Assembly (NCBI GenBank): GCA_963665095.1
Contig: OY762069.1
Span: 6,400,001 to 6,464,000, forward strand
Origin: an uncultured Desulfobacter sp.
GTDB lineage: Bacteria; Desulfobacterota; Desulfobacteria; Desulfobacterales; Desulfobacteraceae
DNA: 64,000 nucleotides
Reading direction: 5' to 3'
Positions 19,066 to 29,514 of this stretch are shown piece after piece (positions within the stretch are counted from its first letter, which is position 1; every line of letters starts with the position of its first letter). A program made the translations under genes and the position numbers. The notes under the pieces are model-generated. The model saw nothing but the letters and a program-made list of their open reading frames with translations. It was not told where the DNA came from and searched no databases.

Positions 19066-20415
19066 ATGGCTGATTATAAGGACGCTGTTCTCAAAGAATC
19101 ATCACGCGTATTGGATTACATTCTTAAAGAGACATTAACCACGGAAGACAAGGATCAGATCACCGAGGATTCTGTCGGCAACTTTAACAACCATGTCAAT
19201 CCGGGGTGGCTTAAATATCGTAAATCCGTATCCACGGACGCCACCTTTGTGGAGTGGGCCGATTCCCAGGAGACCTTCTGCGATACCTACGGCAATGAAT
19301 TTATAGACTGCCTCGGAGGCTTCGGCGTATACACCGCCGGCCACAGAAATCCTGAAATCGTGGCGGCTGTCCAGGCACAGCTCGGCCGTTATGCCCTGCA
19401 CAGCCAGGAGCTGGTGGATCCTTTACGGGGGTATCTTGCCAAACTGATGTCCATGTGCACCCCGGGGGATCTGCAATACGCCTTTTTCTGCAACGGCGGG
19501 GCCGAAGCTGTGGAAATGTCCCTGAAGCTGGCACGACTGGCAACAGGAAAGCATTATTACATCTCCACGGTCAACGGATTTCACGGCAAATCCATGGGCG
19601 CGGTTTCCGCCACGGGTAAAGGCATGTACAGAAAACCCTATCTGCCCATTATCCAGGGGGTTCAGCATGTGGCCTTTGGCGATGCCAAAGCCGCCGAAAC
19701 CGCTATTAAAAACCTGAAAGCCGTAGGTGAAACCGTGGCCGGCATGATCGTGGAGCCCATCCAGGGCGAGGCCGGCATCATTCTGCCCCCCGAGGGGTAC
19801 CTGGCCGAACTTCGGAAAATCTGCGACAAGCACAAGGTGGTCCTGATCTTCGACGAAATCCAGACCGGCATGGGCCGCACCGGCACCCTGTGGGCCTGTG
19901 AGGACGAAGGGGTAACCCCGGACATCCTGATCTTCGGCAAAGCATTCGGCGGCGGGGTCATGCCCATCACCGGTATTATTGCCAAGCCCTGGCTGTGGAC
20001 CGAGCAGCTCCAGGAAAATCCCTGGATTCTGGGATCTCCCACCTTTGGCGGCAATCCCTTAGCCTGCGCAGCCGCAATTGCCGCCATCAATTACACCATC
20101 AAAAGCGACCTGCCCGGCCAGATCAAGGAGAAAGGCGAATACATGATGGAAAAACTTTTAAAGCTCAAGGAGAAGTACGATATCCTGGTTGACGTCAGGG
20201 GTAAAGGATTTCTCATCGGGCTGGAATACAAGACCCCGGAAATCGGCTGGGCTGTATCCAAGGGCCTTTTTAAGCGCAAAATCATGACCGGCGGCACCTT
20301 GAACAATGCCAAGGTCAACCGGATCGAACCTCCGGGAATTCTCTCCTATGAGACCATTGACATCATCATCCTGCGTCTGGATGAAACCCTGGCCGAGGTA
20401 ACCGGGAAATTATAA
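19066..20415 (+). CDS. patA: putrescine aminotransferase (class III), copy 1
   Basis: NFNNHVNPGWLKYRKSV, IDCLGGFG, LHSQELVDPLR, EPIQGEAG, DEIQTGMGRTG, GKAFGGGVMP, all E. coli YgjG-like. Confidence 0.88.
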   Translation: MADYKDAVLKESSRVLDYILKETLTTEDKDQITEDSVGNFNNHVNPGWLKYRKSVSTDATFVEWADSQETFCDTYGNEFIDCLGGFGVYTAGHRNPEIVAAVQAQLGRYALHSQELVDPLRGYLAKLMSMCTPGDLQYAFFCNGGAEAVEMSLKLARLATGKHYYISTVNGFHGKSMGAVSATGKGMYRKPYLPIIQGVQHVAFGDAKAAETAIKNLKAVGETVAGMIVEPIQGEAGIILPPEGYLAELRKICDKHKVVLIFDEIQTGMGRTGTLWACEDEGVTPDILIFGKAFGGGVMPITGIIAKPWLWTEQLQENPWILGSPTFGGNPLACAAAIAAINYTIKSDLPGQIKEKGEYMMEKLLKLKEKYDILVDVRGKGFLIGLEYKTPEIGWAVSKGLFKRKIMTGGTLNNAKVNRIEPPGILSYETIDIIILRLDETLAEVTGKL

Positions 20416-20528
20416 CCTTCAGGCAGCATTTTTTGCTGTCAGCTGTCGGCCTTTGGCGAAGTTTTTTGCCCAAGGCCGATTGCTGTATAAAAAGGACTGC
20501 CGCAATCATATTTGATAAAGAGGCTTGC

Positions 20529-22253
20529 ATGAATATCATCAGGGTCAACATGACCAGCGCAACCATATCACAGGAAACCGTGGAGCCTGCCTTTGTGGGT
20601 ATGGGCGGACGGGGGCTGACCTCATACACCGTGGCCACCGAGGTCCCGCCGGAGTGTGATCCTTTAGGACCTGACAACAAACTGGTTTTTGCTCCGGGCT
20701 TTTTTTCAGGAACGCCCTTGATCAATACCTCCCGTTTTTCCATTGGCGCCAAAAGCCCTTTAACCATGGGTATCAAGGAGAGCAATGTGGGAGGCACGGT
20801 GGCTGTGGATATGGCCAGGGCCGGTATCAGCGGCGTCATCGTGGAAGGACGCCCTGAAAAAGGGGCTGTCTATATCTTAAAAATCGATGCCGGGGGCCGG
20901 GCATGTCTGGTGGATGCCGCCCCATATTGGGGAAAACGCACCTATGAACTGGTGACGGCCCTGAAAAAAGATTTCGGCGACAACATCAGTGTCACCTGCA
21001 TCGGTCCTGCCGGGGAGCAGCAGCTGGCAGCCGCATCTGTCCAGTCCACCGACCTGGACGGCCGTCCCTGCAGGGCGGCGGGCCGGGGCGGTATGGGGGC
21101 TGTCATGGGCGCCAAGGGGCTTAAGGCCCTGGTGGTGGAAAGGGCCAAAGGATCAAGCCCGATCCAGGACAAAAAAGCATTTAAAGCAGGGGCCAAAATT
21201 TTTGCCAAAGCAGTAATGGATGATGAGTTCACAGGGCACGTCCTGGCGGAACTGGGTTCTGCCGTACTGGTGGAACCCATTAATGCGGCAGGGGCCTTTC
21301 CCACCCGAAATGCCCGGCAGGGGCAGTTTGAACTGGCGGAAAAGATCAGCGGCGAAACCATGACTGAACTGCTTAAAGCCCGGGGAGGCAGGTATAACCA
21401 CAAGGGATGTGCCGGATGCATTATCAACTGCTCCAATGAGTTTGTGGATGAGTCAGGGAACTATGTGACCTCTTCACTGGAATATGAAACCATCTGGTCC
21501 ATGGGCGGCATGCTGGGCAACGCAGATCTGGATTCCATTGCCCGGCTTGATTTTCTCTGCGATGATATCGGCCTGGACACCATGAGTACCGGGGTGGCTG
21601 TGGCTGTGGCCATGGATGCAGGGTATCGGGATTTCGGGGATGCCGCCGCCGCCATCGACCTTGTGGAACAGGTCGCCAGGGGCACTAAGTTCGGTAAAAT
21701 CCTGGGGAACGGTCCTGTGGCCGTGGGTCAATTTTTCAACCATGACCGGGTGCCGGTGGTCAAGGGCCAGAGCATTGCCGCATACGATCCCAGGGCCATC
21801 CAGGGCATGGCCGTCACCTATGCCACCAGCCCCATGGGCGGAGACCATACCGCCGGATTTGTGGTGGAATCCAATCTCGAAGCCTTTGGCGGGACCATGG
21901 ACCGGTTTTCCGCAGACGGCCAGGTGGAAAACTCAAGGGATACCCAGATCCACATGGTGATGGTGGACACGGTGGGCATCTGTGATTTTGCCCAGTCCGG
22001 ATTCGGAGCCCCCAACGGCCTGGATAATGTCTGCGCCATGGTTGCGGCCAAATCCGGCAAGCCCTTTACCGCTGAAGAGTGGCGGAAAACCGGTGAAAAA
22101 ATAATTTACATGGAAATTGATTTTAACCGGAAGGCCGGATTGACCCGTGAAAGCGACCGGCTGCCCAAAATGTTTTACACAGAACCGCTGCCGCCCCACA
22201 ACACAGTGGTTGTAATTTCGGATGAACAGATGGATACTGCATTTACCCGTTAA
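20529..22253 (+). CDS. aor: aldehyde:ferredoxin oxidoreductase (W/Mo-pterin AOR family)
   Basis: GGRGL, KSPLT..KESNVGG, CIGPAGE, GRGGMGAVMGAKGLKA, CxxCxxxC (CAGCIINC), EYET, CDDIGLDT, DRLP; start ATG 20529. Confidence 0.93.
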   Translation: MNIIRVNMTSATISQETVEPAFVGMGGRGLTSYTVATEVPPECDPLGPDNKLVFAPGFFSGTPLINTSRFSIGAKSPLTMGIKESNVGGTVAVDMARAGISGVIVEGRPEKGAVYILKIDAGGRACLVDAAPYWGKRTYELVTALKKDFGDNISVTCIGPAGEQQLAAASVQSTDLDGRPCRAAGRGGMGAVMGAKGLKALVVERAKGSSPIQDKKAFKAGAKIFAKAVMDDEFTGHVLAELGSAVLVEPINAAGAFPTRNARQGQFELAEKISGETMTELLKARGGRYNHKGCAGCIINCSNEFVDESGNYVTSSLEYETIWSMGGMLGNADLDSIARLDFLCDDIGLDTMSTGVAVAVAMDAGYRDFGDAAAAIDLVEQVARGTKFGKILGNGPVAVGQFFNHDRVPVVKGQSIAAYDPRAIQGMAVTYATSPMGGDHTAGFVVESNLEAFGGTMDRFSADGQVENSRDTQIHMVMVDTVGICDFAQSGFGAPNGLDNVCAMVAAKSGKPFTAEEWRKTGEKIIYMEIDFNRKAGLTRESDRLPKMFYTEPLPPHNTVVVISDEQMDTAFTR

Positions 22254-22418
22254 TCCCGGCATACGGGCAGAAAGGAAGCTTTATAAGAAAGTCTGTGTAA
22301 CCCACTCAGATCTTTCAACCTTTGTTGTGGGCTGAGCCGGGCAGATGAGATGTCAGGTCAGTCTGTGGCTGTAAAAACCTTGGCCGGGGAATGAAACGCA
22401 ACCCTTAAAAGGAAGAGA

Positions 22419-22841
22419 GTGATGAAACTGATGGTCGGCTATTATGGACATGACCCGCAGGGAGCGTTAGAAGCTGCGGTTATCCAGCAAGCCCGGGCTT
22501 TAGATGCACAGGTGTTTCTGGTCACCAGCATGGAGATTGGTGAATCCGTTCCCAAAGAGGCGTTTGACAGGGCGGAAAGAAATCTGGCCCAGGGAAAAAC
22601 TTTTTTTGAGAGCAAAGGCATTGCGTGTGAAACCGTTCTGCTGGAAACAGGGCTTTCACCGGGGGAGGACCTGATCCAGTTTGCCAGGGAAGAGGAGATG
22701 GATCAAATCATTATCGGGGTGAGACGCCGCTCCAAGCTGGGCAAGTTGATTTTCGGCTCCAACTCCCAGTATGTGATTATGAATGCCCCCTGTCCGGTTC
22801 ACTGCGTCAATGAGGAAATAGAGGCGGACCCTGAATCATGA
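22419..22841 (+). CDS. universal stress protein
   Basis: IIIGVRRRSKLGKLIFGSNSQYVIMNAPCPV. Confidence 0.92.
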   Translation: MMKLMVGYYGHDPQGALEAAVIQQARALDAQVFLVTSMEIGESVPKEAFDRAERNLAQGKTFFESKGIACETVLLETGLSPGEDLIQFAREEEMDQIIIGVRRRSKLGKLIFGSNSQYVIMNAPCPVHCVNEEIEADPES

Positions 22842-22866
22842 AACCGGTCATGGGCCGGGAAACATA

Positions 22867-23106
22867 ATGAAGGTAACGGTGAAACTTTTCGGCACCCTGA
22901 GATCCAGGGTGCCGCAATATGATGTGACGGCCGGCATTGACCTTGTCTTTGAAAATCCGGTCAATGTCCGGCAGATCGTGTCCCATCTGGGCCTGCCGGA
23001 AAAACAGATTGGGATTGTCACCATCAATGAGATTATGGCCAGGGCCGGGGATCCGGTGCCGGATAACGCCCTGGTTCGGATCTTTCAACCCCTGACCGGC
23101 GGCTGA
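22867..23106 (+). CDS. moaD: MoaD/ThiS family sulfur carrier
   Basis: MKVTVKLFGTLR N-terminus and C-terminal GG. Confidence 0.88.
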   Translation: MKVTVKLFGTLRSRVPQYDVTAGIDLVFENPVNVRQIVSHLGLPEKQIGIVTINEIMARAGDPVPDNALVRIFQPLTGG

Positions 23107-23119
23107 GGCGGCCCTTCCC

Positions 23120-23989
23120 TTAAAAGCTTTCAATCAATTTTTGCAAAACAGCCGACTTTATGTGCGAACTCCAGACCGCTTTGATATAAATTTCAGGCAA
23201 GGGCTCTTTAACCTTGATGTACTTGATCTTCTGGTCAAAGCTTCCCTTTAAGAATTCCGGAGCAAAGGTAATTCCCATGCCGGTGGCCACGAGCAGCAAA
23301 GAGGTGTTCTGGACATCGGATTCATGACTGATAATGGGCCGGCATCCGGCTGCGGTGAAACAATTCATAAAATCATCGTACAAAAGGGGCTGGGTATTCC
23401 TGGGATACATGATGATCTTTTCCCCGTCCAGGTCGCTTAAGGAGACCCGCTTTCTTTTTGAAAAGCGGTGGCTGTTATGAACCGCCAGTAAATACCCGGA
23501 TCGAAGGACCGTGCGGGTTTCCATCCCAAAAAGCCTTCGCTTGTATGGCTGCAGAAAACCGATGTCAATCTCTCCGGATTTAATCTTTTCAATCTGTTCG
23601 TTGGAACTTAATTCGTTTAAGGCGATCACGGTTTGGGGATACCGGTCTTTAAATTTTCCAAGCAAGGTGACCAGGAACCCATCCATGATCATTTCAAGAA
23701 AGCCGATATGCAGCCGTCCCATCATTCCGCTTTGCACCTGTCTGGCCTTGTGAATGGAGTGATTCAGGCTCTCCATCAGGATGCGGACATCCTGAAAGAA
23801 ACTTTGACCCGCATTGGTCAGTTCAACATGGCGCCTGCTCCGGTCAAAGAGTGCAACACCGAGTTCCTCTTCAAGGTCCTTGATCTGCATGCTTAAGGGC
23901 GGCTGGGAAATACCCAGCCGTTTCGCGGCCCTGCGGAAATGAAGTTCTTCTCCCAGCACCAGAAAGTATTTTAAATGTCGAAGTTCCAT
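23120..23989 (-). CDS. LysR family transcriptional regulator
   Basis: MELRHLKYF..HFRRAAKRLGISQPPLSMQIKDLEEELG. Confidence 0.95.
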   Translation of the reverse strand: MELRHLKYFLVLGEELHFRRAAKRLGISQPPLSMQIKDLEEELGVALFDRSRRHVELTNAGQSFFQDVRILMESLNHSIHKARQVQSGMMGRLHIGFLEMIMDGFLVTLLGKFKDRYPQTVIALNELSSNEQIEKIKSGEIDIGFLQPYKRRLFGMETRTVLRSGYLLAVHNSHRFSKRKRVSLSDLDGEKIIMYPRNTQPLLYDDFMNCFTAAGCRPIISHESDVQNTSLLLVATGMGITFAPEFLKGSFDQKIKYIKVKEPLPEIYIKAVWSSHIKSAVLQKLIESF

Positions 23990-24000
23990 TGCCCCTCTCT

Positions 24001-24017
24001 GATATATATTTTATATC
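24001..24017. promoter_or_regulatory. LysR recognition box GATATA-N5-TATATC (T-N11-A)
   Basis: Dyad in the divergent lysR/potA intergenic region. Confidence 0.55.
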
Positions 24018-24126
24018 TGTTTATATAAAAAAATATATTAGACAAATCAATATTCTTCTTATATGAAATTATTATGGTAGTGGAGCGCAACAAAAAAACC
24101 GCGTTCCTGTAAAGCATGAACCGGGC

Positions 24127-25266
24127 ATGATGGAATCATACCCAATTTTGACAGGAAATGCCGTGAATCCTAAGAGACAAGAGATCGCTATTCGGGTTGA
24201 GGAAGCGATAAAAGTATATGGTGAGCGAAAAAATAAGGTTATCGCATTAAACCAGGTATCCCTTGACATATTCGAGAATGAATTTTTCACCCTTTTAGGG
24301 CCGTCAGGTTGCGGGAAAACCACCCTGCTCAGACTGATTGCAGGGTTTGAGCACCCCACAACCGGAAAAATTTTTCTCCACAGCGACGATATCACCGCGA
24401 ATCCTCCGTTCAAACGAATGATCAATACGGTTTTTCAAAATTATGCCCTGTTTCCGCATATGACCGTGGCCGAAAACATTGCCTTTGGCCTTGAAATGCA
24501 GGGAAAACCCGACAAAGAGATCAAACAGACCGTTGGCCGGATGCTGGAACTGGTTAAAATGGAAGTGTTGCAAAACCGGCAGGTCAGCCAGATCTCAGGG
24601 GGCCAGCAGCAGCGGGTGGCCCTGGCCCGGGCGCTGGCGCCAAACCCCAAAGTACTGCTGCTTGACGAACCCCTGTCCGCCCTTGACCAGAAGCTTCGAA
24701 AAGAGATGCAGAGCGAACTCAAGCGGCTCCAGGGCGAAACCGGGATTACCTTCATCTTTGTCACCCATGACCAGGAGGAAGCCCTGACCATGTCTGACAG
24801 AATTGCTGTCATGAATGAGGGACAGATCCTGCAGATCGGCACCCCCCACGAAATCTACAGACAGCCGTCAGAACGGTTCGTGGCCGATTTCATCGGGGAG
24901 ACCAATTTCTTAAATGCCGAGGTGCTTGGCTGCGAAAACGGAATGGCCAGGCTGATGCTTGGATCGGGCAAGCAGGTGGAAACAAGGTTCAGGGAAGATT
25001 TTACCCCTGAAAAAAACGTGACCATTGTTGTCCGGCCGGAGCATGCCATGCTGGTTGAAACTGAAGAAGAGAGCCTGCTGAAAGGGCACCTGGTCAATTC
25101 AGTCTACTTTGGAACAGACATGCACCTGCATGTTGAACTGGAGAGCAAAGAGCCCTTCATGCTTCGGATTCAGAATAACCCGGACGACAAGGCAACCTTC
25201 CAGGATGCCGGGAAAGATATTTTCATCGGCCTGCAGAAAAACGCAGTCCAGATTTTAAGGGACTAA
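24127..25266 (+). CDS. potA: polyamine ABC transporter ATP-binding protein (copy 2)
   Basis: [29 protein letters not shown]; the true start may be GTG 24163. Confidence 0.93.
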   Translation: MMESYPILTGNAVNPKRQEIAIRVEEAIKVYGERKNKVIALNQVSLDIFENEFFTLLGPSGCGKTTLLRLIAGFEHPTTGKIFLHSDDITANPPFKRMINTVFQNYALFPHMTVAENIAFGLEMQGKPDKEIKQTVGRMLELVKMEVLQNRQVSQISGGQQQRVALARALAPNPKVLLLDEPLSALDQKLRKEMQSELKRLQGETGITFIFVTHDQEEALTMSDRIAVMNEGQILQIGTPHEIYRQPSERFVADFIGETNFLNAEVLGCENGMARLMLGSGKQVETRFREDFTPEKNVTIVVRPEHAMLVETEEESLLKGHLVNSVYFGTDMHLHVELESKEPFMLRIQNNPDDKATFQDAGKDIFIGLQKNAVQILRD

Positions 25267-25268
25267 CC

Positions 25269-26210
25269 ATGAACCAGGATAATAAAGAGATCGTATCTGA
25301 CGCTTCTGTATTAACCGAACAAAGAAAAAAACAGACGCGGCAACGCTGGCTCATGCTGTCACCGGCACTGATCCTGCTGCTGCTTGCGGCCTCAGGGCCG
25401 TTGATCATTATACTGGTCTATTCCTTTCTGATGCCGGCAGATTACAGCGGGGTTGTCTGGCACTTCTCCCTGGACGGCTGGCGGGGGGTCATCTGGCAGA
25501 AGGATATTTTTACAGGCAGTGTCAGCCTGTCCGACGCGCATCTGCAAATCTTTCTGCGTTCCGTGAAGCTGTCGGTTTTTACCACCTTTTTAACCCTTAT
25601 CGTTGGGTTTCCCACGGCCTACTTCATTGCCACCCGGCCCCCCAAGAAACGCTCCCTGTGGCTTTTCCTGATTACCATTCCTTTCTGGACCAACCTTTTG
25701 ATCCGGACCTTTGCCATCATGGAGGTGATTCGAAACCAGGGCATATTAAACTCGCTGCTCATCCATTTCCATATCATTGATACGCCCATTCAGATCCTGT
25801 ATACGGATTTCGCCATTCTGGCCGGGATGCTCTATGTATACCTGCCGCTGATGGTGCTGCCCATATATGCCTCCATGGAGCGGTTTGACTTTAATCTGGT
25901 TGAAGCCGGATATGATCTTTACGCCGGCCGCTGGCAGACCATGAGACATATTATCCTGCCCCTGGTCAGGCCGGGGATTGTCGCAGGATCCATTCTTGTG
26001 TTCATCCCCTCCCTGGGTGCCTATGTGACCCCGCGGATTCTGGGGGGCGGCAAGAGTATGATGCTGGGCAATCTGATCGACCTGCAGTTCGGACAGGGCA
26101 ATAACTGGCCCCTGGGCGCGGCATTGTCTTTTTTCCTGCTCCTTTTGACCATGCTGTTTTTGTTTCTTTACACCCGTTTTACGTCAAAATCAGTGAAGTC
26201 CTATGGGTAA
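25269..26210 (+). CDS. potB: polyamine ABC transporter permease (copy 2)
   Basis: IPFWTNLLIRT, LVEAGYDL, GNLIDLQF. Confidence 0.92.
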   Translation: MNQDNKEIVSDASVLTEQRKKQTRQRWLMLSPALILLLLAASGPLIIILVYSFLMPADYSGVVWHFSLDGWRGVIWQKDIFTGSVSLSDAHLQIFLRSVKLSVFTTFLTLIVGFPTAYFIATRPPKKRSLWLFLITIPFWTNLLIRTFAIMEVIRNQGILNSLLIHFHIIDTPIQILYTDFAILAGMLYVYLPLMVLPIYASMERFDFNLVEAGYDLYAGRWQTMRHIILPLVRPGIVAGSILVFIPSLGAYVTPRILGGGKSMMLGNLIDLQFGQGNNWPLGAALSFFLLLLTMLFLFLYTRFTSKSVKSYG

Positions 26211-27021
26211 GTTCAAAAAAAGCCCCCGCAACTTTGACATCCGCCACCAGCATGGGTTTACCCCCATTGCCATTATCTGTTTTATTTTTTTGTACACCCC
26301 GATTTTCACCATGATGGCCTACGCCTTTAACCAGGGCGATTCCATTGCCCTGTGGGAGGGGGTGTCATTGCGCTGGTTTGTTTCCGCCTGGGCCAATGTA
26401 CAGGTCAAGGAGAGTGCCATCCGCTCCCTTGTCATTGCCTCCCTTGCCTCGGGTATTTCAACCATGGCCGCAACCATGGCGGCACTGGCCACCACGAGAA
26501 CAGAAAAATTCAAGGGGCAGAGTCTGGTTTATGCCATTATTAACCAGCCCCTGATGGTTCCCGAAATTGTGACGGGTGTAGCGTTGCTGATCTTTTTTGC
26601 CCTGATCAAAAGCATCACTGGTTACACAGGTCTTGGCTACCTTGTGATTGCCCACACCGCCTTTTGCATTCCCTTTGCCTACCTGCCCATCCGCGCAAGG
26701 CTGGAAGGTATGGACCTAAGTCTTGAAACCGCGGCTGCAGACCTTTACGCCACGCCCTGGAAAACCTTTAAGCGGGTTACGCTGCCACTGCTTTTTCCCG
26801 GAATTATGGCCGGTGCCATGCTGGCCTTTGTGATTTCCCTGGATGATGTGGTCATCACCGAGCTTGTAAAGTCTGCTGGCCAGGATACGCTGCCCACCTA
26901 TATGCTTGGGCAGCTGCGCCGGGCCATCACCCCGGAGATCAATGCCATTTCAACGGCCCTTTTGGGAATCACCGTTGTTATATTAACCCTGTTTTACTTT
27001 TTGAGCCGGAAATCAAAATGA
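26203..27021 (+). CDS. potC: polyamine ABC transporter permease (copy 2)
   Basis: FLYTPI, PEIVTG, LETAAADL, AFVISLDD. Confidence 0.92.
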   Translation: MGKFKKSPRNFDIRHQHGFTPIAIICFIFLYTPIFTMMAYAFNQGDSIALWEGVSLRWFVSAWANVQVKESAIRSLVIASLASGISTMAATMAALATTRTEKFKGQSLVYAIINQPLMVPEIVTGVALLIFFALIKSITGYTGLGYLVIAHTAFCIPFAYLPIRARLEGMDLSLETAAADLYATPWKTFKRVTLPLLFPGIMAGAMLAFVISLDDVVITELVKSAGQDTLPTYMLGQLRRAITPEINAISTALLGITVVILTLFYFLSRKSK

Positions 27022-27104
27022 ACCGGGGCCAAAAGAGAAAAAAAAAAGAACAGCGTTTGCCTGAACATTGAAACCGTTATTTACATTTTTTAAAGGAGTA
27101 TGAG

Positions 27105-28139
27105 ATGAAATCAAGAGTGATCAGTATCATCACACTGCTATGCTGGCTGACCGCGCCATCATTTGTTATGGCCAAGGGAAAGCTGAACCTTTTTAACTGG
27201 GGCAACTACACCAACCCCAAACTCATTGAAAAGTTTGAAAAAGAGTTCGATGTGGAGGTGACCCTCACCGATTATGACTCCAACACCACTGCCCTGACCA
27301 AAGTCAAGGCCGGGGGCCACGGGTTTGATATTGTCTTCCCCTCAGCCAACTATATTCCTATTTTTGCCCGGGAAGGCCTGCTGATGGAGTCCCGCCCGGA
27401 CTTAATGCCCAACTTTAAAAATGTGGACCCGGTTTGGGTGGACGTCCCCTGGGATAAGGGAAGACATTATTCAGCGCCCTGGCAGTGGGGAACCACGGGG
27501 ATTGCGGTTAACAGGTCTGCTTATAAAGGGGATATCAACACCTCTGCCATCTTCATGGATCCGCCCAAGGAGCTGATCGGCAAGGTGAACGTTGTGCCTG
27601 AGATGAGTGATATCATTTCCCTGGCCATTATGTATGAAGGCGGCACCCCCTGCACAAATGATATGACCATATTAAAAAAGGTAAGAGATGATCTCATTGC
27701 AGCCAAGCCCAAATGGCTGTCCATGGACTACGGCACAACGGAAAAACTGATTAAAAACGACTATCTTGCCACAGTTAACTGGAACGGTTCCACCTTCCGC
27801 GCCCGGTTGAAAAATCCGGATGTCTGCTATGGGTATCCCAAAGAAGGCTACCCCTTGTGGATGGACAGTGCCGCCATTCTCAAGGATGCCCAAAACGTGG
27901 AGAACGCAAAGGCGTTTTTGAATTTTATCATGGACCCGGAAAATGCGGCCATGATTTCAAACTTTGCCCGTTATGCCAACGGTATCATGGGATCTGAAAA
28001 GTATATGGATGCAGATATGAGTGCCGCACCGGAGATTGTTATCCCGGAAGAGCACAAGAAGAACGGTGTGTTTCTTCCCACTTGTACGCCTGCCACAAAG
28101 AAGCTGTACTCAACCATCTGGACCGAACTGCTGAAATAA
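27105..28139 (+). CDS. potD: polyamine ABC transporter substrate-binding protein (copy 2)
   Basis: Signal peptide, FNWGNY, YDSN, WQWGTTG, PKEG..WMDS. Confidence 0.9.
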   Translation: MKSRVISIITLLCWLTAPSFVMAKGKLNLFNWGNYTNPKLIEKFEKEFDVEVTLTDYDSNTTALTKVKAGGHGFDIVFPSANYIPIFAREGLLMESRPDLMPNFKNVDPVWVDVPWDKGRHYSAPWQWGTTGIAVNRSAYKGDINTSAIFMDPPKELIGKVNVVPEMSDIISLAIMYEGGTPCTNDMTILKKVRDDLIAAKPKWLSMDYGTTEKLIKNDYLATVNWNGSTFRARLKNPDVCYGYPKEGYPLWMDSAAILKDAQNVENAKAFLNFIMDPENAAMISNFARYANGIMGSEKYMDADMSAAPEIVIPEEHKKNGVFLPTCTPATKKLYSTIWTELLK

Positions 28140-28145
28140 CAGCCA

Positions 28146-28180
28146 TGGGCCCACCTGATCTCCCATGTCAGGTGGGCCCA
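28146..28180 (+). other. intercistronic stem-loop (13-bp perfect stem)
   Basis: TGGGCCCACCTGA / TCAGGTGGGCCCA between potD and the hydrolase, with no U tract. Confidence 0.6.
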
Positions 28181-28204
28181 CAATAAATCAAGGAGAATAA
28201 CATT

Positions 28205-29401
28205 TTGACACCGTCACCTGAACAGGGGATGACCCGCGCTGAGCTCGGAGATGTGACACTGGATAACTGGCGATTCCCTCCCTTCAGTTCGTGGGCGTTC
28301 CACCATGTAAGGGAACTGATCCCCACAGCACGGATTGAAGCGGGTGAACAAACCCTGCCGGTCATCCCGGCACCGGTCTCTTTTGACGATCTTGAGTTCA
28401 AAGGGCTCGGGGATGAGACATGGTCCCTGCCCCAGCTTTTGTCCAAGTCAAAGACCTCGGGATTCATTGTGGTGAAAAAGGACCGGCTGGTATATGAGCA
28501 GTACTTCAGAGGGCTAAACGCCGGCCGGCCCCACATCGTCTTCTCCGTCACCAAGTCCATTACCGGCATTATTTCCGGAATGCTGGCGGAAAAGGGACTC
28601 CTTGAGCTGGATGCCCCTGCGGACAAATACATACCCGAAGCCAAAGGGTCCTGCTATGAGGGGTGTCCCATCCAGAACATCCTGGATATGTCGGTGGATA
28701 CACCGTTTTCCGAAGCATATCTTGACCGCCAGGGAGATTACGGCCGGTACCGGCAGGCCATCGGCTGGAATCCCTGCACAGATCCTGAAAACCCCATTGA
28801 CCTAAAAGGGTTTTTAGTCACCATGAAAAAAGGCGACGGACACCATGGTGATGCCTTCCACTACGTCACCCCGAACACCGATTTTATGGGGTGGGTACTG
28901 GAACGGGCCAGCGGGAAAACCTATGCGCAACTGGTGAGCGAACTTCTATGGAAACCCATGGGAGCCCAATCCAACGCCTATGTCACCGTGGACCGCTTAG
29001 GCGCACCAAGGGCCGGGGGCGGTTTCTGTACCACCCTTATGGACCTTGCGCGCCTGGGTATGGTCATGAGAGATGCCGGGCAGGCTTTGGGAAAAAGGGT
29101 GATTTCCGATGCATGGATCCGTGACACCACAGGTTCAGGCGACAGAAATGCATGGATAAAAGGCAACTTCAGCCATTTCCTCCCCCATGGATGCTACCGG
29201 AATTTCTGGTACCAGACGGGCAATGCCGGCGGTGCCTTTTTCGCATTAGGGATCCACGGGCAATGGCTGTACATCGATCCGAAAGCAAGTGTCGTAATTG
29301 CAAAGGTATCGGCCCAGGATGAACCGGAAGACGAGGCTTTGGATCAGGTTCTGTTAACGGCCTTTGACTCTATCTGCCGAAGATTGGAAGATCTGCCGTA
29401 A
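28205..29401 (+). CDS. beta-lactamase-fold serine hydrolase, 6-aminohexanoate-dimer hydrolase (NylB)-like
   Basis: VTLDNWRFPPFSSWAFHHVRELIPTA N-terminus, HIVFSVTKS (SxxK), FHYVTPNTD, ALGIHGQWLYIDP; no signal peptide; TTG start after AAGGAG. Confidence 0.82.
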   Translation: MTPSPEQGMTRAELGDVTLDNWRFPPFSSWAFHHVRELIPTARIEAGEQTLPVIPAPVSFDDLEFKGLGDETWSLPQLLSKSKTSGFIVVKKDRLVYEQYFRGLNAGRPHIVFSVTKSITGIISGMLAEKGLLELDAPADKYIPEAKGSCYEGCPIQNILDMSVDTPFSEAYLDRQGDYGRYRQAIGWNPCTDPENPIDLKGFLVTMKKGDGHHGDAFHYVTPNTDFMGWVLERASGKTYAQLVSELLWKPMGAQSNAYVTVDRLGAPRAGGGFCTTLMDLARLGMVMRDAGQALGKRVISDAWIRDTTGSGDRNAWIKGNFSHFLPHGCYRNFWYQTGNAGGAFFALGIHGQWLYIDPKASVVIAKVSAQDEPEDEALDQVLLTAFDSICRRLEDLP

Positions 29402-29422
29402 ACACCTTTATTTGTTGATGAC

Positions 29423-29467
29423 AAAGGCCCTCTTAAAAGAATCAATCTTTTAGGAGGGCCTTTTTTT
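29423..29467. terminator. bidirectional terminator between the convergent hydrolase and gabD genes
   Basis: AAAGGCCCTCTTAAAAGA / TCTTTTAGGAGGGCCTTT stem plus T tract. Confidence 0.8.
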
Positions 29468-29514
29468 ATACTGCTGAAAATTAAAGACCTGACATCTAAG
29501 ACCAGAATTTAAAA

